Positions 37,801 to 48,163 are shown, numbered from the stretch's first letter. The stretch: DNA of 64,000 bases from Thermoanaerobaculia bacterium (GCA_963666565.1 OY762911.1:1408001-1472000), one strand, 5' to 3'. Notes: generated by a model not told the origin, from the sequence alone. Translations and numbers: made by a program.

Positions 37801-40533
37801 CTACTCCGCTTCCAGTGCCCGCCGGGGATCGGCGCGGGAGGCCCGACGAGCCGGGAGGAATGAGGCCATCACCGCGATGGCGAGGAGCACCAGCGCCGCG
37901 ACGGCGAAAGCGAGCGGGTCGCGTGGACTCCGGCCGTCGAAGAGCAGAGGTTCGACGAACCTGCCGGCCCACAGCGCGGCGAGCGTGCCGGCCGCGACAC
38001 CGGCCGCCGCCAGCGAGAAGCCCCGCGCCAGCACCATGCGCAGGAGGCGCGACGCCCTGGCGCCCAGGGCGCGACGAATGCCGAACTCCAGTTCGCGTTG
38101 GCGCACACCGAACGCGATAACCGCATAGAGCCCGATGGCGGCGAGCAGCACCGCCAGGGCGGCGGAGGCAGCGAATAGGCGCGTTCCGGTTCTCCAGGTG
38201 CGAATGCGCGATGCGAACTGGGTGGAGAGGTTCCGGACGTGGTGTCCCGGCAGTTCCGGAAAGAGCTCGGCCAAGGCGGCAAGCACCGGCGCCTCGACAC
38301 GCCCGGGGCTCGAGGCGGTGCGGACGAGCAGCGCACGCTGGATGCTCGTCCATCCCGACAGAGTCGGATCGGCTGACGCCTGAGAGATGGGCAGGTAGTA
38401 GACCGGGTCCGCTTCCGGCAGAGTCCAGTTCACTGCTGGTTCCACCACGCCGACGACCGTTGTGCAGTCGGCGTTGCTGCTGACAAACAGGCAACGGCCG
38501 ACGGCGCTCCGGCCGGGCCAGGCCCGCCGGGCGAACGACGTACTGACGACCGCGACCTTCCGCGTGCCTTCGCGGTCCCATTCCGTGAAGCCGCGGCCTT
38601 CCCGAACCTCCAGCCCCGCGACATCGAAGAAGTTGGGCGTAGTGAAGTTCACGTGGGGCCCGGAGCGGAACGGCAGACCGTCAAGCCCCTCGATGCGCAG
38701 GTCCGCGTACGCCGCACCGCTTCCCGACATCGGTGAACTCGTACCCTGAGCGACGTCCAGCACCTCCGGCAGATCCCGTACGCGGGCTTCCATGGCCTGG
38801 ATTGCGCTCTCGTTTAGCGGTGCTCCATCCAGGCCGTCCACGCGGGTGTCGCCGTGGAAGCTCCCCAGAGTCACCGTCAGCAGGTGCTCCTTCGCGTAGC
38901 CGACGTCCACCTGGCGCGCCGCTTCGAACGAACGGTAGAACACGGCCGTTCCGCTGAGCAGCACGACCGACAGCGCGGCCTGGACCACGATCAGGCCGGT
39001 GCGGACGGGCGTTCCGAGCGCGCTGGCGCTCCGGGAGCTGTCGAGCCTCTCGATTCCCCGGCTGCGCGCCGCGTACACGGCGGGGGCCACGGCCGCCGCC
39101 AGGCCGATCCCGAGGACGGCGATTCCGGTGAAGCCGATTGCCGTGGCGCCGAGCGGATCCTCGGTCAACTGGTGGCTCGGCAGGAGCGTGCGGCGGAGGG
39201 CGTCGCCGGTGACCGCCGCCACCGCCAGCGCGACAACGCCAGAGAGTGCGGCGAGCACCAGGCTCTCAGTCACCAGGAGACGTCCGATTCCCCATCGTCC
39301 GAGGCCGAGCGTGTAGCGGACCGCCAGTTCGCGTCGCCTGGCAGCGACCCGCAGCATCAGCAGGTTCGACATGTTGACGGCCGCAATGAGGAGCACGACG
39401 AAGGTGATCCCGCCCGCGATCAGCGGCAGGCGCATGTGGCGCCGCAGCGTGACGGGGCCGCGGGTTCGAAGGATCGGACCGAGAGCCACGGTCGCCTCCC
39501 GGTCCAGGGAGTCCGGGAACCGCGAGCCGGCACGCGCCGCGCGGACAGCGGCCGTCGCCGCGGCGCTGGCGGCCTCCTCCGTCGCGCCGGACGCCAGCCG
39601 TAAGAATGCCGTCAGGTAGAAGGTGGTGCCGTACCGTCTCCAACTGTTCCCCCGGCTGGCCGTTGCCGCGTGTTTGAGAGGCAGCCAAACGTCGACCGCG
39701 TTGGAGCGGGGCCCGGAGAAGCCGGGCGGCATCACGCCGACGACGAGGTAGGTGACGTCGTCGAAACTGAGCGTCGTGCCGAGCGCTTCTTCCGGGGTGT
39801 CGAACCGCTGCCGCCGGTAGCCGTCGCCGATGACGGCAACGGGTTGCGCCGCCAGGTCGTCATCCCCGGCGACGATCGATCTTCCGACCGTTGCCGCCAC
39901 GCCAAGGAAGTCGAAGAACTCCCCCGTGACCCAGGAGACCGTGAGGTTCTCGGCGCGTTGACCGCGTCCGTTCGTTCTGAACGTGACTCTGTGGCCCGCG
40001 ACACCGTCGATGAGTGCGTTGTCGGCGGGCAGGGCGTTGAAGTCGAGCCACTGCATCGCGTCGACCACCCAGCTTCGTCCGGTGGAGGCGCCGCGATCGC
40101 CCGGATCGATGCGCTCGCTGACCCAGAGGCGACGAACGCGGTCCGGCTCGTCGATATGCGGAGGCGGCTGAAGAAAGAGCCTCGACAGCATCTCGTACAT
40201 CGGAGCGTTCAGTCCGATGCCGAGCGCCAGGGTGAGGACCACGGCGCAGGTGTAGCCGGCGTTGCGCCGCATCATGCGGAACGCGGCGCCGATGTCCTTG
40301 AGCAGGCGCTCCGCCGGCGCCCAGCCCCAGGCTTCGCGGGTCAGTTCGCGCGTCAGCGTCACGTTGCCGAAGCTGCGCCTCGCCTCGGCACGCGCCTGTT
40401 CGGGAGGCACTCCAGCCTGGATGCGCTCTTCCGCTTCCTGGGCGAGATGGAAGCGGATCTCCTCCTCGAGTTCGGCGTCCTTGCGGCGCCGGCGCCACAG
40501 GGAGCGAAAACGGTTGTTGACCTGCCGCAGCAT
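37801..40533 (-). CDS. ADOP-type duplicated ABC permease (MacB/FtsX domains)
   Basis: Permease prefix ELEEEIRFHL..ARRSFGN, TLALGIG, RRRELAVR, EFGIRRALGA and PARRASRADP. Confidence 0.9.
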   Translation of the reverse strand: MLRQVNNRFRSLWRRRRKDAELEEEIRFHLAQEAEERIQAGVPPEQARAEARRSFGNVTLTRELTREAWGWAPAERLLKDIGAAFRMMRRNAGYTCAVVLTLALGIGLNAPMYEMLSRLFLQPPPHIDEPDRVRRLWVSERIDPGDRGASTGRSWVVDAMQWLDFNALPADNALIDGVAGHRVTFRTNGRGQRAENLTVSWVTGEFFDFLGVAATVGRSIVAGDDDLAAQPVAVIGDGYRRQRFDTPEEALGTTLSFDDVTYLVVGVMPPGFSGPRSNAVDVWLPLKHAATASRGNSWRRYGTTFYLTAFLRLASGATEEAASAAATAAVRAARAGSRFPDSLDREATVALGPILRTRGPVTLRRHMRLPLIAGGITFVVLLIAAVNMSNLLMLRVAARRRELAVRYTLGLGRWGIGRLLVTESLVLAALSGVVALAVAAVTGDALRRTLLPSHQLTEDPLGATAIGFTGIAVLGIGLAAAVAPAVYAARSRGIERLDSSRSASALGTPVRTGLIVVQAALSVVLLSGTAVFYRSFEAARQVDVGYAKEHLLTVTLGSFHGDTRVDGLDGAPLNESAIQAMEARVRDLPEVLDVAQGTSSPMSGSGAAYADLRIEGLDGLPFRSGPHVNFTTPNFFDVAGLEVREGRGFTEWDREGTRKVAVVSTSFARRAWPGRSAVGRCLFVSSNADCTTVVGVVEPAVNWTLPEADPVYYLPISQASADPTLSGWTSIQRALLVRTASSPGRVEAPVLAALAELFPELPGHHVRNLSTQFASRIRTWRTGTRLFAASAALAVLLAAIGLYAVIAFGVRQRELEFGIRRALGARASRLLRMVLARGFSLAAAGVAAGTLAALWAGRFVEPLLFDGRSPRDPLAFAVAALVLLAIAVMASFLPARRASRADPRRALEAE

Positions 40534-40551
40534 CTCCTGGTCCCTCCGGCC

Positions 40552-40893
40552 TCAGTCCGCCGGACGCAGCACCCTGGTCACGGCGACCGAGAGTTGCTGC
40601 CAACGCGACTGCTCGACGAGGAGTTGCCGCCGCCCCGTCGTGGTGAGCCGGTAGTACTTGGCGCGCTTGCCCTTGTCGGAGGTCTTCCACTCCGCCGCGA
40701 TCCAGCCGCGGGTTTCCAGCCGGTGAAGCGCGGGATACAGCGACCCGGTCTCGATGCGGAGCGCGTCTTCCGACACGCGCTGGATGTGCCCGGCGATCGC
40801 GTGGCCGTGCGCCGGGCCGTAGACCAGCGTGCGCAGGATGAGCAGGTCGAGCGTGCCGTAGAGAAGCTGGTTGCGGGGGCTCGCCGGCGTCAT
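40552..40893 (-). CDS. PadR family regulator (acidobacterial type)
   Basis: LLYGTLDLLILRTL, GSLYPALHRLE and RAKYYRLT. Confidence 0.92.
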   Translation of the reverse strand: MTPASPRNQLLYGTLDLLILRTLVYGPAHGHAIAGHIQRVSEDALRIETGSLYPALHRLETRGWIAAEWKTSDKGKRAKYYRLTTTGRRQLLVEQSRWQQLSVAVTRVLRPAD

Positions 40894-40939
40894 GGTGTAG
40901 ACAAGCTACTCCATATGACGTAGATTGTCTACACCATGA
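40890..40939. promoter_or_regulatory. Symmetric bidirectional promoter/operator spanning both start codons
   Basis: TCATGGTGTAGACAA (40890-40904) / TTGTCTACACCATGA (40925-40939); TAGATT and TAGCTT each 9 nt before an ATG. Confidence 0.8.
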
Positions 40940-41607
40940 GTACGCTGATCCATCTGGAGAACGTCTCCAAGGTCTTCTACACGGACGAAGTCGAGACCCA
41001 CGCGCTCGACGGCGTCACCCTCGCGATCGACTCCGGCGAGTACGTCGCCGTGTCCGGGCCGTCGGGCTGCGGCAAGTCGACCCTGCTGTCGATCCTCGGT
41101 CTGCTCGACACGCCGACCGCCGGCGACTACACACTGAACGGTTACCCGGTGGCGCAGCTCCGGCAGTCCGAGCGGGCGCGCATCCGCAACCGGGAGATCG
41201 GCTTCATCTTCCAGAACTTCAACCTGATCGGCGACCTGAGCGTCTACGAGAACGTCGAGCTTCCGCTCACGTACCGCGGCATCCGGCCGAGAGAGCGGCG
41301 GGAGATGGTGACGGCAGCGCTGGAGAAGGTGGAGATGGCGCCGCGCGCGAAGCACCTGCCGAGCCAGCTCTCGGGAGGTCAGCAGCAGCGCGTGGCCGTT
41401 GCCCGCGCCGTAGCCGGCCAGCCTTCCATCCTCCTCGCCGACGAGCCGACCGGCAACCTCGACTCGAAGAACGGCGGGGCGGTCATGGACCTGCTGCGGA
41501 CGCTGCACGAGGAAGGATCGACGATCTGCATGGTGACTCACGATCCCCGCTACGCCGACCATGCGGAACGGGAGATCCGCCTGTTCGACGGGCGGGCCAC
41601 GACCTGA
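40936..41607 (+). CDS. ABC transporter ATP-binding protein (LolD/MacB-like)
   Basis: GPSGCGKS, LSGGQQQR and ADEPTGNLD. Confidence 0.95.
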   Translation: MSTLIHLENVSKVFYTDEVETHALDGVTLAIDSGEYVAVSGPSGCGKSTLLSILGLLDTPTAGDYTLNGYPVAQLRQSERARIRNREIGFIFQNFNLIGDLSVYENVELPLTYRGIRPRERREMVTAALEKVEMAPRAKHLPSQLSGGQQQRVAVARAVAGQPSILLADEPTGNLDSKNGGAVMDLLRTLHEEGSTICMVTHDPRYADHAEREIRLFDGRATT

Positions 41608-42860
41608 TGGACGTCGCGAGACCGGACCTGGCGCGGAAGAAAAAGGTCCGCCGGGTGACGTACTACTCCCTCGGCGGCTTGCTGCTCGTGCTGGTCACGC
41701 TCGGTCTGCAGCAGGCGGAGCCGTCGGCGCCGCGCGTCGACCGGGACGATCTCTACATCGACACGGTGCGGCGGGGCCCGATGGTTCGGGAAGTCCGGGG
41801 GCGGGGAACGCTGGCGCCGGAGAACATCCGGTGGATTCCGGCGACGACGGAAGGCACAGTCGAGAGGATCGTTCTCGACCCGGGCGCCAAGGTGGCGCCG
41901 GACTCGGTGATCGTCGAACTGAGCAACCCGGAGCTGGAGCACCAGGCGCGGGAGGCTGAGTTGAACCTCCGCGCCGCGGAGGCTCGGTACGAGAACCGGA
42001 AGGTCGAACTCGACAGCGAGCTGCTGATGCAGAAGGCGGGGCTGGCGAGCGTGGAGGCTGCGCTGGTCGTGGCCCGGCTCGAGGCGGATGCCGACGCCGA
42101 ACTGGCGAAGGACGGTCTGGCTTCGGCGATCGAACTCCAGCGGGCGCAGGCGTCGAAGCGGGAACATGAAACGCGCTTCGCGCTGGAGGAGGAGCGTCTC
42201 GGCATCGCTGAAACGACGAAGGCGGCGAAGCTCGCCGTCGAGCGGGCGGAAGTGGATCGTCTGCGCGCGATCTGGCGGCTCCGGCTCGACCAGGTCGCGG
42301 CCCTGCGGGTCCGCGCCGGCATGCACGGCGTCCTCCAGCAGCTGCCGGTCGAGGAGGGGCAGCGCGTCAGCGCCGGAACGAGTCTGGCCCGGGTCGGAGA
42401 CCCGACGGCGCTGAAGGCCGAACTGCGGATCGCCGAGACGCAGGCGAAGGACGTTCAGATCGGGCAGATCGCTGCGGTCGACACGCGGAACGGCATCGTC
42501 CCCGGCAGGGTGGTCCGGATCGATCCGGCGGTCGAGGAAGGGACGGTGACGGTCGACGTCGCGCTGGAAGGCGACCTTCCCCGCGGCGCCCGGCCGGACC
42601 TGACCGTGGCCGGCACGATCGAGCTCGAACGGCTCGAAGATGTCGTCTTCGTCGGCCGGCCCGTCGTCGGCCGGGAAGAGAGCGAGGTCGGTCTGTTCCG
42701 CCTGGACGGCGAAGGGAACGGCGCCAGCCGAACGCGCGTGCTCCTGGGGAGAAGTTCGGCCAACACGATCGAGGTGCTGGACGGGTTGCTGCCCGGGGAT
42801 CGGGTCGTTCTGTCGGGCATGTCCGCCTGGGACGAGTTCGACCGCCTCCGTATCGACTGA
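41607..42860 (+). CDS. Efflux periplasmic adaptor (HlyD/MacA-like)
   Basis: N-terminal TM, coiled coil, GRVVRIDPAV and GLLPGDRVVLS. Confidence 0.9.
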   Translation: MDVARPDLARKKKVRRVTYYSLGGLLLVLVTLGLQQAEPSAPRVDRDDLYIDTVRRGPMVREVRGRGTLAPENIRWIPATTEGTVERIVLDPGAKVAPDSVIVELSNPELEHQAREAELNLRAAEARYENRKVELDSELLMQKAGLASVEAALVVARLEADADAELAKDGLASAIELQRAQASKREHETRFALEEERLGIAETTKAAKLAVERAEVDRLRAIWRLRLDQVAALRVRAGMHGVLQQLPVEEGQRVSAGTSLARVGDPTALKAELRIAETQAKDVQIGQIAAVDTRNGIVPGRVVRIDPAVEEGTVTVDVALEGDLPRGARPDLTVAGTIELERLEDVVFVGRPVVGREESEVGLFRLDGEGNGASRTRVLLGRSSANTIEVLDGLLPGDRVVLSGMSAWDEFDRLRID

Positions 42861-42871
42861 GGAGGGCGGAC

Positions 42872-43048
42872 CTACCCCATGAAGAAGCCCTTCCGGTGCG
42901 AGACGCCGAGCACCTTCCTGCACAGCGCGCAGAAGTAGACGTAGCGCTTGCCCAGAACTCCCGAGACCTTCCGGAAGTAGATGCCCACCGGCTGCTCGCA
43001 GTGGGGGCACAGGGGCGTGATGTCGTTGCGTTCTTCAGCCTGAATCAT
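42872..43048 (-). CDS. 58-aa double-CxxC (zinc-ribbon-like) small protein, absent from the ORF track
   Basis: MIQAEERNDITPLCPHCEQPVGIYFRKVSGVLGKRYVYFCALCRKVLGVSHRKGFFMG; GGAGAGGAG RBS; GC3-rich codons. Confidence 0.85.
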   Translation of the reverse strand: MIQAEERNDITPLCPHCEQPVGIYFRKVSGVLGKRYVYFCALCRKVLGVSHRKGFFMG

Positions 43049-43102
43049 GGCGTTGTCTCCTCTCCGTCGTTTCTGGTTCTGCTTGCCGGCCGTGGTTCGG
43101 TC

Positions 43103-44233
43103 TCAGCCGTGCGTGTCGTTCGGCGGCTCGTAGCCCCAGGCTTCCACGGCGAAGCCCCAATGCCGGTCGACGACGTCGATCGTCTCCGGATCGATCCGGT
43201 AGGCGTTCTTGCGATAGCCCGACAGCGTCCCGAGGTAGTCGGCGACCGGCTGGCGGGCCCGCTCCCAGCCCGGCAGGTCGAGCTCGGCGTAGAGACGCTC
43301 GAGTTCGGCCATCGGGGCTCTCTCCAGATCCTCGAAGCGGACTTCGGCCAGGTGTCCCTTCGGGATCGACTCCCGGTCCTTCATGTACTGCCTCATCATC
43401 GCGGCGTAGGAGTCGAGCATGCTGGCGATCACCTCGTCCGGGTCCGCGTCGGCCAGTTGGCAGATGGGCAGCACCTTCCCGTACAGGTGCTTCATCGACC
43501 GGTAGACCAGGTAGGGATTCCGCACGATGTGGATGAACTTCGCGTCGGGGAACAGGCGCCGGAGCTCGGCGGTGCGGCCGAGGTTGGTCGGACTCTTGAG
43601 CACGAGCCGGCGGCCGCCAGCCGCCAGCGTGGCCTTGCGAAGCACGTCGAGATAGGCGCGTTCCCACCGCGTCATCTCGGAGCTCGTCAGCCGCATCGTC
43701 GCGTACTTCTCCTGGTACTCCCTCGCCCGGTTGGGGAAGGTGAGGTGATGCACGAACGACAGGTGCGACGTGTTGGCGAGCGCGATCTCCTCCTCCTGCG
43801 GCAGCTCCACGGACACGGCCATGTTGTCCATCGGGCGCGTCGCGGGCATTCCCCGGGCGACGAGCCGCTCCAGCCGGCCGCGCGCGACCAGGAACATCGG
43901 CGCCGCGACGGCCTGGAAGGTCGAGACGACGCCCAGGCCCGGGTCTTGCGCGAGCACGTTGTGCAGGTGCGTGGTGCCCGAGCGGCCGAAGCCGTGGATG
44001 TACAGCGGCGCGTGGGCGATCGGGACCCGCGCCATTCGCGCCGGGCCGTAGCGGAGGCGCTCGGCGACCCGCAGCGGGGCGAACAGGGCGGTGATCGCGA
44101 GCACCTTCGCCAGCTTGCCCCAGTACCGCGGCGGCACGCCTCCGTTGTCCGCGATGAGCCGAAGCCAGACGCCGAGCGGCGCCATCGTGAACGGGTGCTG
44201 CCCGGAGGTCCTGGGGGCGTCCACGACGGTCAT
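43103..44233 (-). CDS. PAPS-dependent sulfotransferase
   Basis: GFGRSGTTHLH, RPMDN, PQEEE, LVLKSP and RNPY..S motifs. Confidence 0.9.
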   Translation of the reverse strand: MTVVDAPRTSGQHPFTMAPLGVWLRLIADNGGVPPRYWGKLAKVLAITALFAPLRVAERLRYGPARMARVPIAHAPLYIHGFGRSGTTHLHNVLAQDPGLGVVSTFQAVAAPMFLVARGRLERLVARGMPATRPMDNMAVSVELPQEEEIALANTSHLSFVHHLTFPNRAREYQEKYATMRLTSSEMTRWERAYLDVLRKATLAAGGRRLVLKSPTNLGRTAELRRLFPDAKFIHIVRNPYLVYRSMKHLYGKVLPICQLADADPDEVIASMLDSYAAMMRQYMKDRESIPKGHLAEVRFEDLERAPMAELERLYAELDLPGWERARQPVADYLGTLSGYRKNAYRIDPETIDVVDRHWGFAVEAWGYEPPNDTHG

Positions 44234-44259
44234 GGTAGCGCTGGGGTGAATGCGCGGAA

Positions 44260-44290
44260 GCCGGCGCTTCGCGTCGGATGCCGGCGGGAA
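44260..44290 (-). repeat. Degenerate type B REP
   Basis: GCCGGCGCTTCGCGTCGGATGCCGGCGGG matches 10088-10116. Confidence 0.6.
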
Positions 44291-44441
44291 CCGGGTGGCG
44301 CGGTCCGCGCCACACGCGACTCAGTCCGCGCGTCTGTCAGCGGGCGCGCGGATGGCACCCCGGCGCGCCCGGTGGCCGATTGCGGCGGAGCGTCCCGTCG
44401 GGGAACATAGGCCGCATGTGCTTCAACCAGAAGGACCAGCC

Positions 44442-45728
44442 ATGAAGATCCTCCTCTACTGTCTGGCGGCCCTCGTCGTCATCGTCCTGGCGCTGTACTT
44501 CGCGTTCTTCTTCAATCCCCAGACGGAAGAACAGGAGGAGGTGAACGCGGCCTGGAGCCGGTTCGCCGAGGAGGTCGCGGAGATGGGCCGGGCCGTCGAG
44601 AGCGCGCCGTTCAACCGCGACGAACGGACCGCCGCCGCGGGATACCGGCACCTCGCCCGCTTTCTGTCGACCTTCCTGGCCGACTTCACGGACCTGCGGA
44701 ATCCGGACTACCCGCAATTCTCCCGATTCCCGAACAGCGTCGCCCGAGTCGGCTGGGACAACCCGGACAACCCCTATCTCGCGTTCGCGGTGCGGGGCGA
44801 CCACGTCTACCGGCTGCGCGGGAACGTGACGAACTTCGACCTCGTGACGATCAACGTCTACAGCGGCATGCTCGGCCACACGCCGGTGAGGAAGATCCGC
44901 ACGGTGTCGAGCATCGCCTCGGACGATCTCGACGTCGACGAGAACGGCGGCTTCGTCCTGACGCTGAGCGCCGTGCGGGCCGAGGGCGACTGGCTGAAGC
45001 TGGAGCCGGACGCCTACATGGTCATCGTCCGGCGCCTCGTGTCGGACTGGGAGAAGACGGACGAGGGCCTCTGGGAGATCCTCAACCTGACCACGCTGGG
45101 CGCCGGCGCACCCCGCCCGACGCCCGAGTCGGTCGCGCGCTCGCTCGACGACGCCGCGACCCAGACCCGCTCGCTGCGGGAGCTGCTAACGCTGGTGCAT
45201 CGGATCACGTTCCAGCTCGCGCTCAGGCCCAACAGGGTCTCGGAACCCGCCGAGGCCGACCCGAACCTGCCGATGGCCGACGCCTTCCAGGCGGCCTCCC
45301 GTGGCTGGTTCCGGCTGGAGGAGGACGAGGCCCTGCTGGTCGACGTGCCGGTCGCCGACTGCCGCTACACGAACATCCAGCTCGCCAACCCGTGGATGGA
45401 ATCGCTCGACTACGCCAGCCACCAGTCGAGCCTGAATCACCGTACCGCGCATGCGGACGCCGACGGCCGCGTGCGGTACGTGATCAGCCGCCGGGACCCC
45501 GGCGTACAGAACTGGCTCGACACCGCCGGCTGGGCGGAGGGGTCGCTCTGCGCCCGGTGGACGTACTGCAGCGAGTATCCGACCGGGGTCACGGCGCAGG
45601 TAGTGAAGCTGGACGAGCTCGACAGCCACCTACCCGCCGAAACGCCGAGGGTCGGCCCGGAGGAACGCGCGCGGATCGTGGCGGCGCGGCAGGCCGCGAT
45701 CAGCCGGCGCTATGCCGGCGGCTCGTAG
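44442..45728 (+). CDS. DUF1214-domain protein, membrane anchored
   Basis: N-terminal [25 protein letters not shown] and [12 protein letters not shown]; AAGGA RBS. Confidence 0.82.
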   Translation: MKILLYCLAALVVIVLALYFAFFFNPQTEEQEEVNAAWSRFAEEVAEMGRAVESAPFNRDERTAAAGYRHLARFLSTFLADFTDLRNPDYPQFSRFPNSVARVGWDNPDNPYLAFAVRGDHVYRLRGNVTNFDLVTINVYSGMLGHTPVRKIRTVSSIASDDLDVDENGGFVLTLSAVRAEGDWLKLEPDAYMVIVRRLVSDWEKTDEGLWEILNLTTLGAGAPRPTPESVARSLDDAATQTRSLRELLTLVHRITFQLALRPNRVSEPAEADPNLPMADAFQAASRGWFRLEEDEALLVDVPVADCRYTNIQLANPWMESLDYASHQSSLNHRTAHADADGRVRYVISRRDPGVQNWLDTAGWAEGSLCARWTYCSEYPTGVTAQVVKLDELDSHLPAETPRVGPEERARIVAARQAAISRRYAGGS

Positions 45729-45981
45729 CTGGGCCGGCAGAGAGATCGCGAGCCCGGGACGGGGTTTCTGCGTGATCGTGGCGGTTCGCCAACGTGCCGC
45801 TGACTTCCTTCGAGAGTCCGCACGGATGCGCCTGCAAGCGTCCCGCGGCTTCGCCCGGGCGCGCCGGTGGGGGATGGAGGGCGGCTGGTATTGGCTCGGC
45901 GGATCGTCCGGGGTCCCGCCGCCGGCGGGGAAGCGCGGCCTCGGATACACTGGCTTGCGGACTCTGGACGGACCGCTTGCC

Positions 45982-46641
45982 ATGACCGACGACGAACTGA
46001 AGGCGCTTGTTGCCAGGATCGCCGAATCCCAGGACCGGGCCGACGCCCGACAGGCGAAGATCGACGCCCGACAGGCGAAGATCGACGCCCAATTGGCGGA
46101 GAACGCCGCCCAACAGGCGAAGACCGACGCGCAACTGGCGAAGACCGACGCGCAACTGGCGAAGACCGACGCGCAACTGGCGAAGACCGACGCGCAACTG
46201 GCGAAGACCGACGCCAAGCTGAACCGGCTGGCGGAGATGTACGGCGGCCTCGGGAACAGCCTGGGCCAGGCGGCGGAGGAGTTCTTCTTCAACAGCCTCG
46301 ATGCCGACCCGGTACTGGGCGGCGGTCGCTTCGATGTCGTAACCAAGAACTTCCGTCGCAAGCGCGCCGGGCTGGAGGACGAGTTCGACCTGGTGCTGGC
46401 CAACGGTCGCGAGGTGCTGGTCGTGGAGGTCAAGTACAAGGCGCACGAGAACGACCTGCGGCGGCTGCTGGACAAGAAGGCGCCCAACTTCCGGCGCCTG
46501 TTTCTCGAGTACGCGGATCACGAACAGGGTCTGGCCTTGGCGTCTTTCCGCGTTCACGATGAACTCAAGCAGGCGGCCCTGGAGCGGGGCGTGACCGTGC
46601 TGCAGCGCAAGGGCGACGTGATCGAGACCATCGCCGCCTGA
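45982..46641 (+). CDS. Heptad-repeat coiled coil + PD-(D/E)XK nuclease-like domain (DUF3782-like)
   Basis: (AKTDAQL)n, LG..AEEFF and EFDLV....VLVVEVK. Confidence 0.8.
   Translation: MTDDELKALVARIAESQDRADARQAKIDARQAKIDAQLAENAAQQAKTDAQLAKTDAQLAKTDAQLAKTDAQLAKTDAKLNRLAEMYGGLGNSLGQAAEEFFFNSLDADPVLGGGRFDVVTKNFRRKRAGLEDEFDLVLANGREVLVVEVKYKAHENDLRRLLDKKAPNFRRLFLEYADHEQGLALASFRVHDELKQAALERGVTVLQRKGDVIETIAA
46042..46221 (+). repeat. 21-bp coding tandem repeat
   Basis: Four identical GCGAAGACCGACGCGCAACTG (46117-46200) plus degenerate flanking units. Confidence 0.92.
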
Positions 46642-46679
46642 TCCGGCGGTCCGCCCGCGCACCCAGCGGCCGTCCGCCT

Positions 46680-48146
46680 TCAGGCGAGGACTTCCCGCAC
46701 GACCCGCGCCTTCTCGACGCCGGTCAACCGTGCATCCAGCCCCTGGTGGCGGTAGGTGAACCGCTCGTGGTCGATGCCGAACAGGTGCAGCACCGTGGCC
46801 TGGAGGTCGTGGACGTGGACCGGATCCTCGATGATGTTGTAGGAGAAGTCGTCCGTCTCGCCGTGGACGACGCCGCCCTTGACGCCGCCGCCGGCCATCC
46901 AGATGCTGAAGCAGCGGGGGTGATGGTCGCGGCCGTAGTTGTCCGCGGTCAGGGCGCCCTGGGAGTAGATCGTGCGTCCGAACTCGCCGCCCCAGATGAC
47001 CAGGGTCTCGTCGAACAGGCCGCGCTCCTTCAGGTCCTGAATCAAGGCCCAGGCGGCCCGGTCGACGTCGCGGGCCTGGGCCGGCAGCACCGTCGGCAGG
47101 ATGGAGTGGACGTCCCAGCCCCGGTGGTAGATCTGCACGAACCGGACCCCGCGCTCGACCAGCCGCCGGGCCATGAGCGCCGCGTTCTGGAACTTGCCGG
47201 GCTGCCGGGCTTCCTCGCCCCAGCGTTCCCAGGTGCGCTCCGGCTCGGCCGACAGGTCGGCCATCTCCGGCACCGATGACTGCATGCGAAACGCCATCTC
47301 GTACTGCTCGATGCGGGCCAGGGTCTCCGGATCGCCGATCTGGGCGTGGCGCAGCCGGTTCAGTTCGCTCATCCCGTCGAGCACGCGCCGGCGGACGTCG
47401 GGCGAGACGCCGTGGGGGTCCTTGAGATAGAGGACCGGCTCGTCTCCGGTCTGGAGCCCCACGCCGGCGTACTCGGGCGACAGGAAGCCGGCGCTCCAGA
47501 GCTTTGCCGAGATCGCCTGCAGGCCGGCGCGCGGGTGGCTGCGCTCGGCGTTCATCACGACGAAGGTGGGCAGGTCTTCGTTCATGCTGCCGAGGCCGTA
47601 CGCGAACCAGGAGCCGATGCACGGCCGGCCCGGGATCTGCTGGCCGGTCTGGATGAAGGTGATGCCCGGCTCGTGGTTGATCGCGTCGGTGTGCATCGAG
47701 CGGATGACCGCGATGTCGTCCGCCATGCTCGCCGTGTGGGGCAGGAGCTCGGAGAACCACGCGCCGTTCCCGCCGTGCTGGGAGAACTCGAAGACGGACG
47801 GCGCGATCGGGAAGCGCGACTGGCCGGAGGTCATCGTCGTCAGCCGCTGCCCCTGCCGGATCGAATCGGGCAGGTCCTGGTCGAAGTACTCCTTCATCTT
47901 CGGCTTGTAGTCGAGCAGGTCCATCTGCGGCGGCGCGCCCATCATGTGGAGGTAGATGCACTGCTTCGCCTTCGGCGCGAAATGCGGCAGATCGGGCAGG
48001 CCGCCGAAGCGGTCCCGGGCGACCGGCAGGGCGAAGAGGTCGTCGGCCATCAGGCTGGCCAGCGCCAAGCCGCCGATGCCGCGGGCGGCCGTGCCGAAGA
48101 ACTGGCGCCTCGTCTCGGCTCGAACGGTTTCCTTCAGTGGGTCCAT
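46680..48146 (-). CDS. DUF1501 Tat-exported protein
   Basis: TRRQFFG, HFAPKAK, RRLVERGVRFVQ, GEFGRT and GRDHH. Confidence 0.92.
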   Translation of the reverse strand: MDPLKETVRAETRRQFFGTAARGIGGLALASLMADDLFALPVARDRFGGLPDLPHFAPKAKQCIYLHMMGAPPQMDLLDYKPKMKEYFDQDLPDSIRQGQRLTTMTSGQSRFPIAPSVFEFSQHGGNGAWFSELLPHTASMADDIAVIRSMHTDAINHEPGITFIQTGQQIPGRPCIGSWFAYGLGSMNEDLPTFVVMNAERSHPRAGLQAISAKLWSAGFLSPEYAGVGLQTGDEPVLYLKDPHGVSPDVRRRVLDGMSELNRLRHAQIGDPETLARIEQYEMAFRMQSSVPEMADLSAEPERTWERWGEEARQPGKFQNAALMARRLVERGVRFVQIYHRGWDVHSILPTVLPAQARDVDRAAWALIQDLKERGLFDETLVIWGGEFGRTIYSQGALTADNYGRDHHPRCFSIWMAGGGVKGGVVHGETDDFSYNIIEDPVHVHDLQATVLHLFGIDHERFTYRHQGLDARLTGVEKARVVREVLA

Positions 48147-48163
48147 TTGCCAGAGCCCTCCCG

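Noticed and set aside
45729-45981. Long intergenic region as an ncRNA, or N-terminal extension of ORF 45712-46641
   Set aside because: Only weak GC-rich pairing and no recognisable family; the protein-like sequence starts at ATG 45982.
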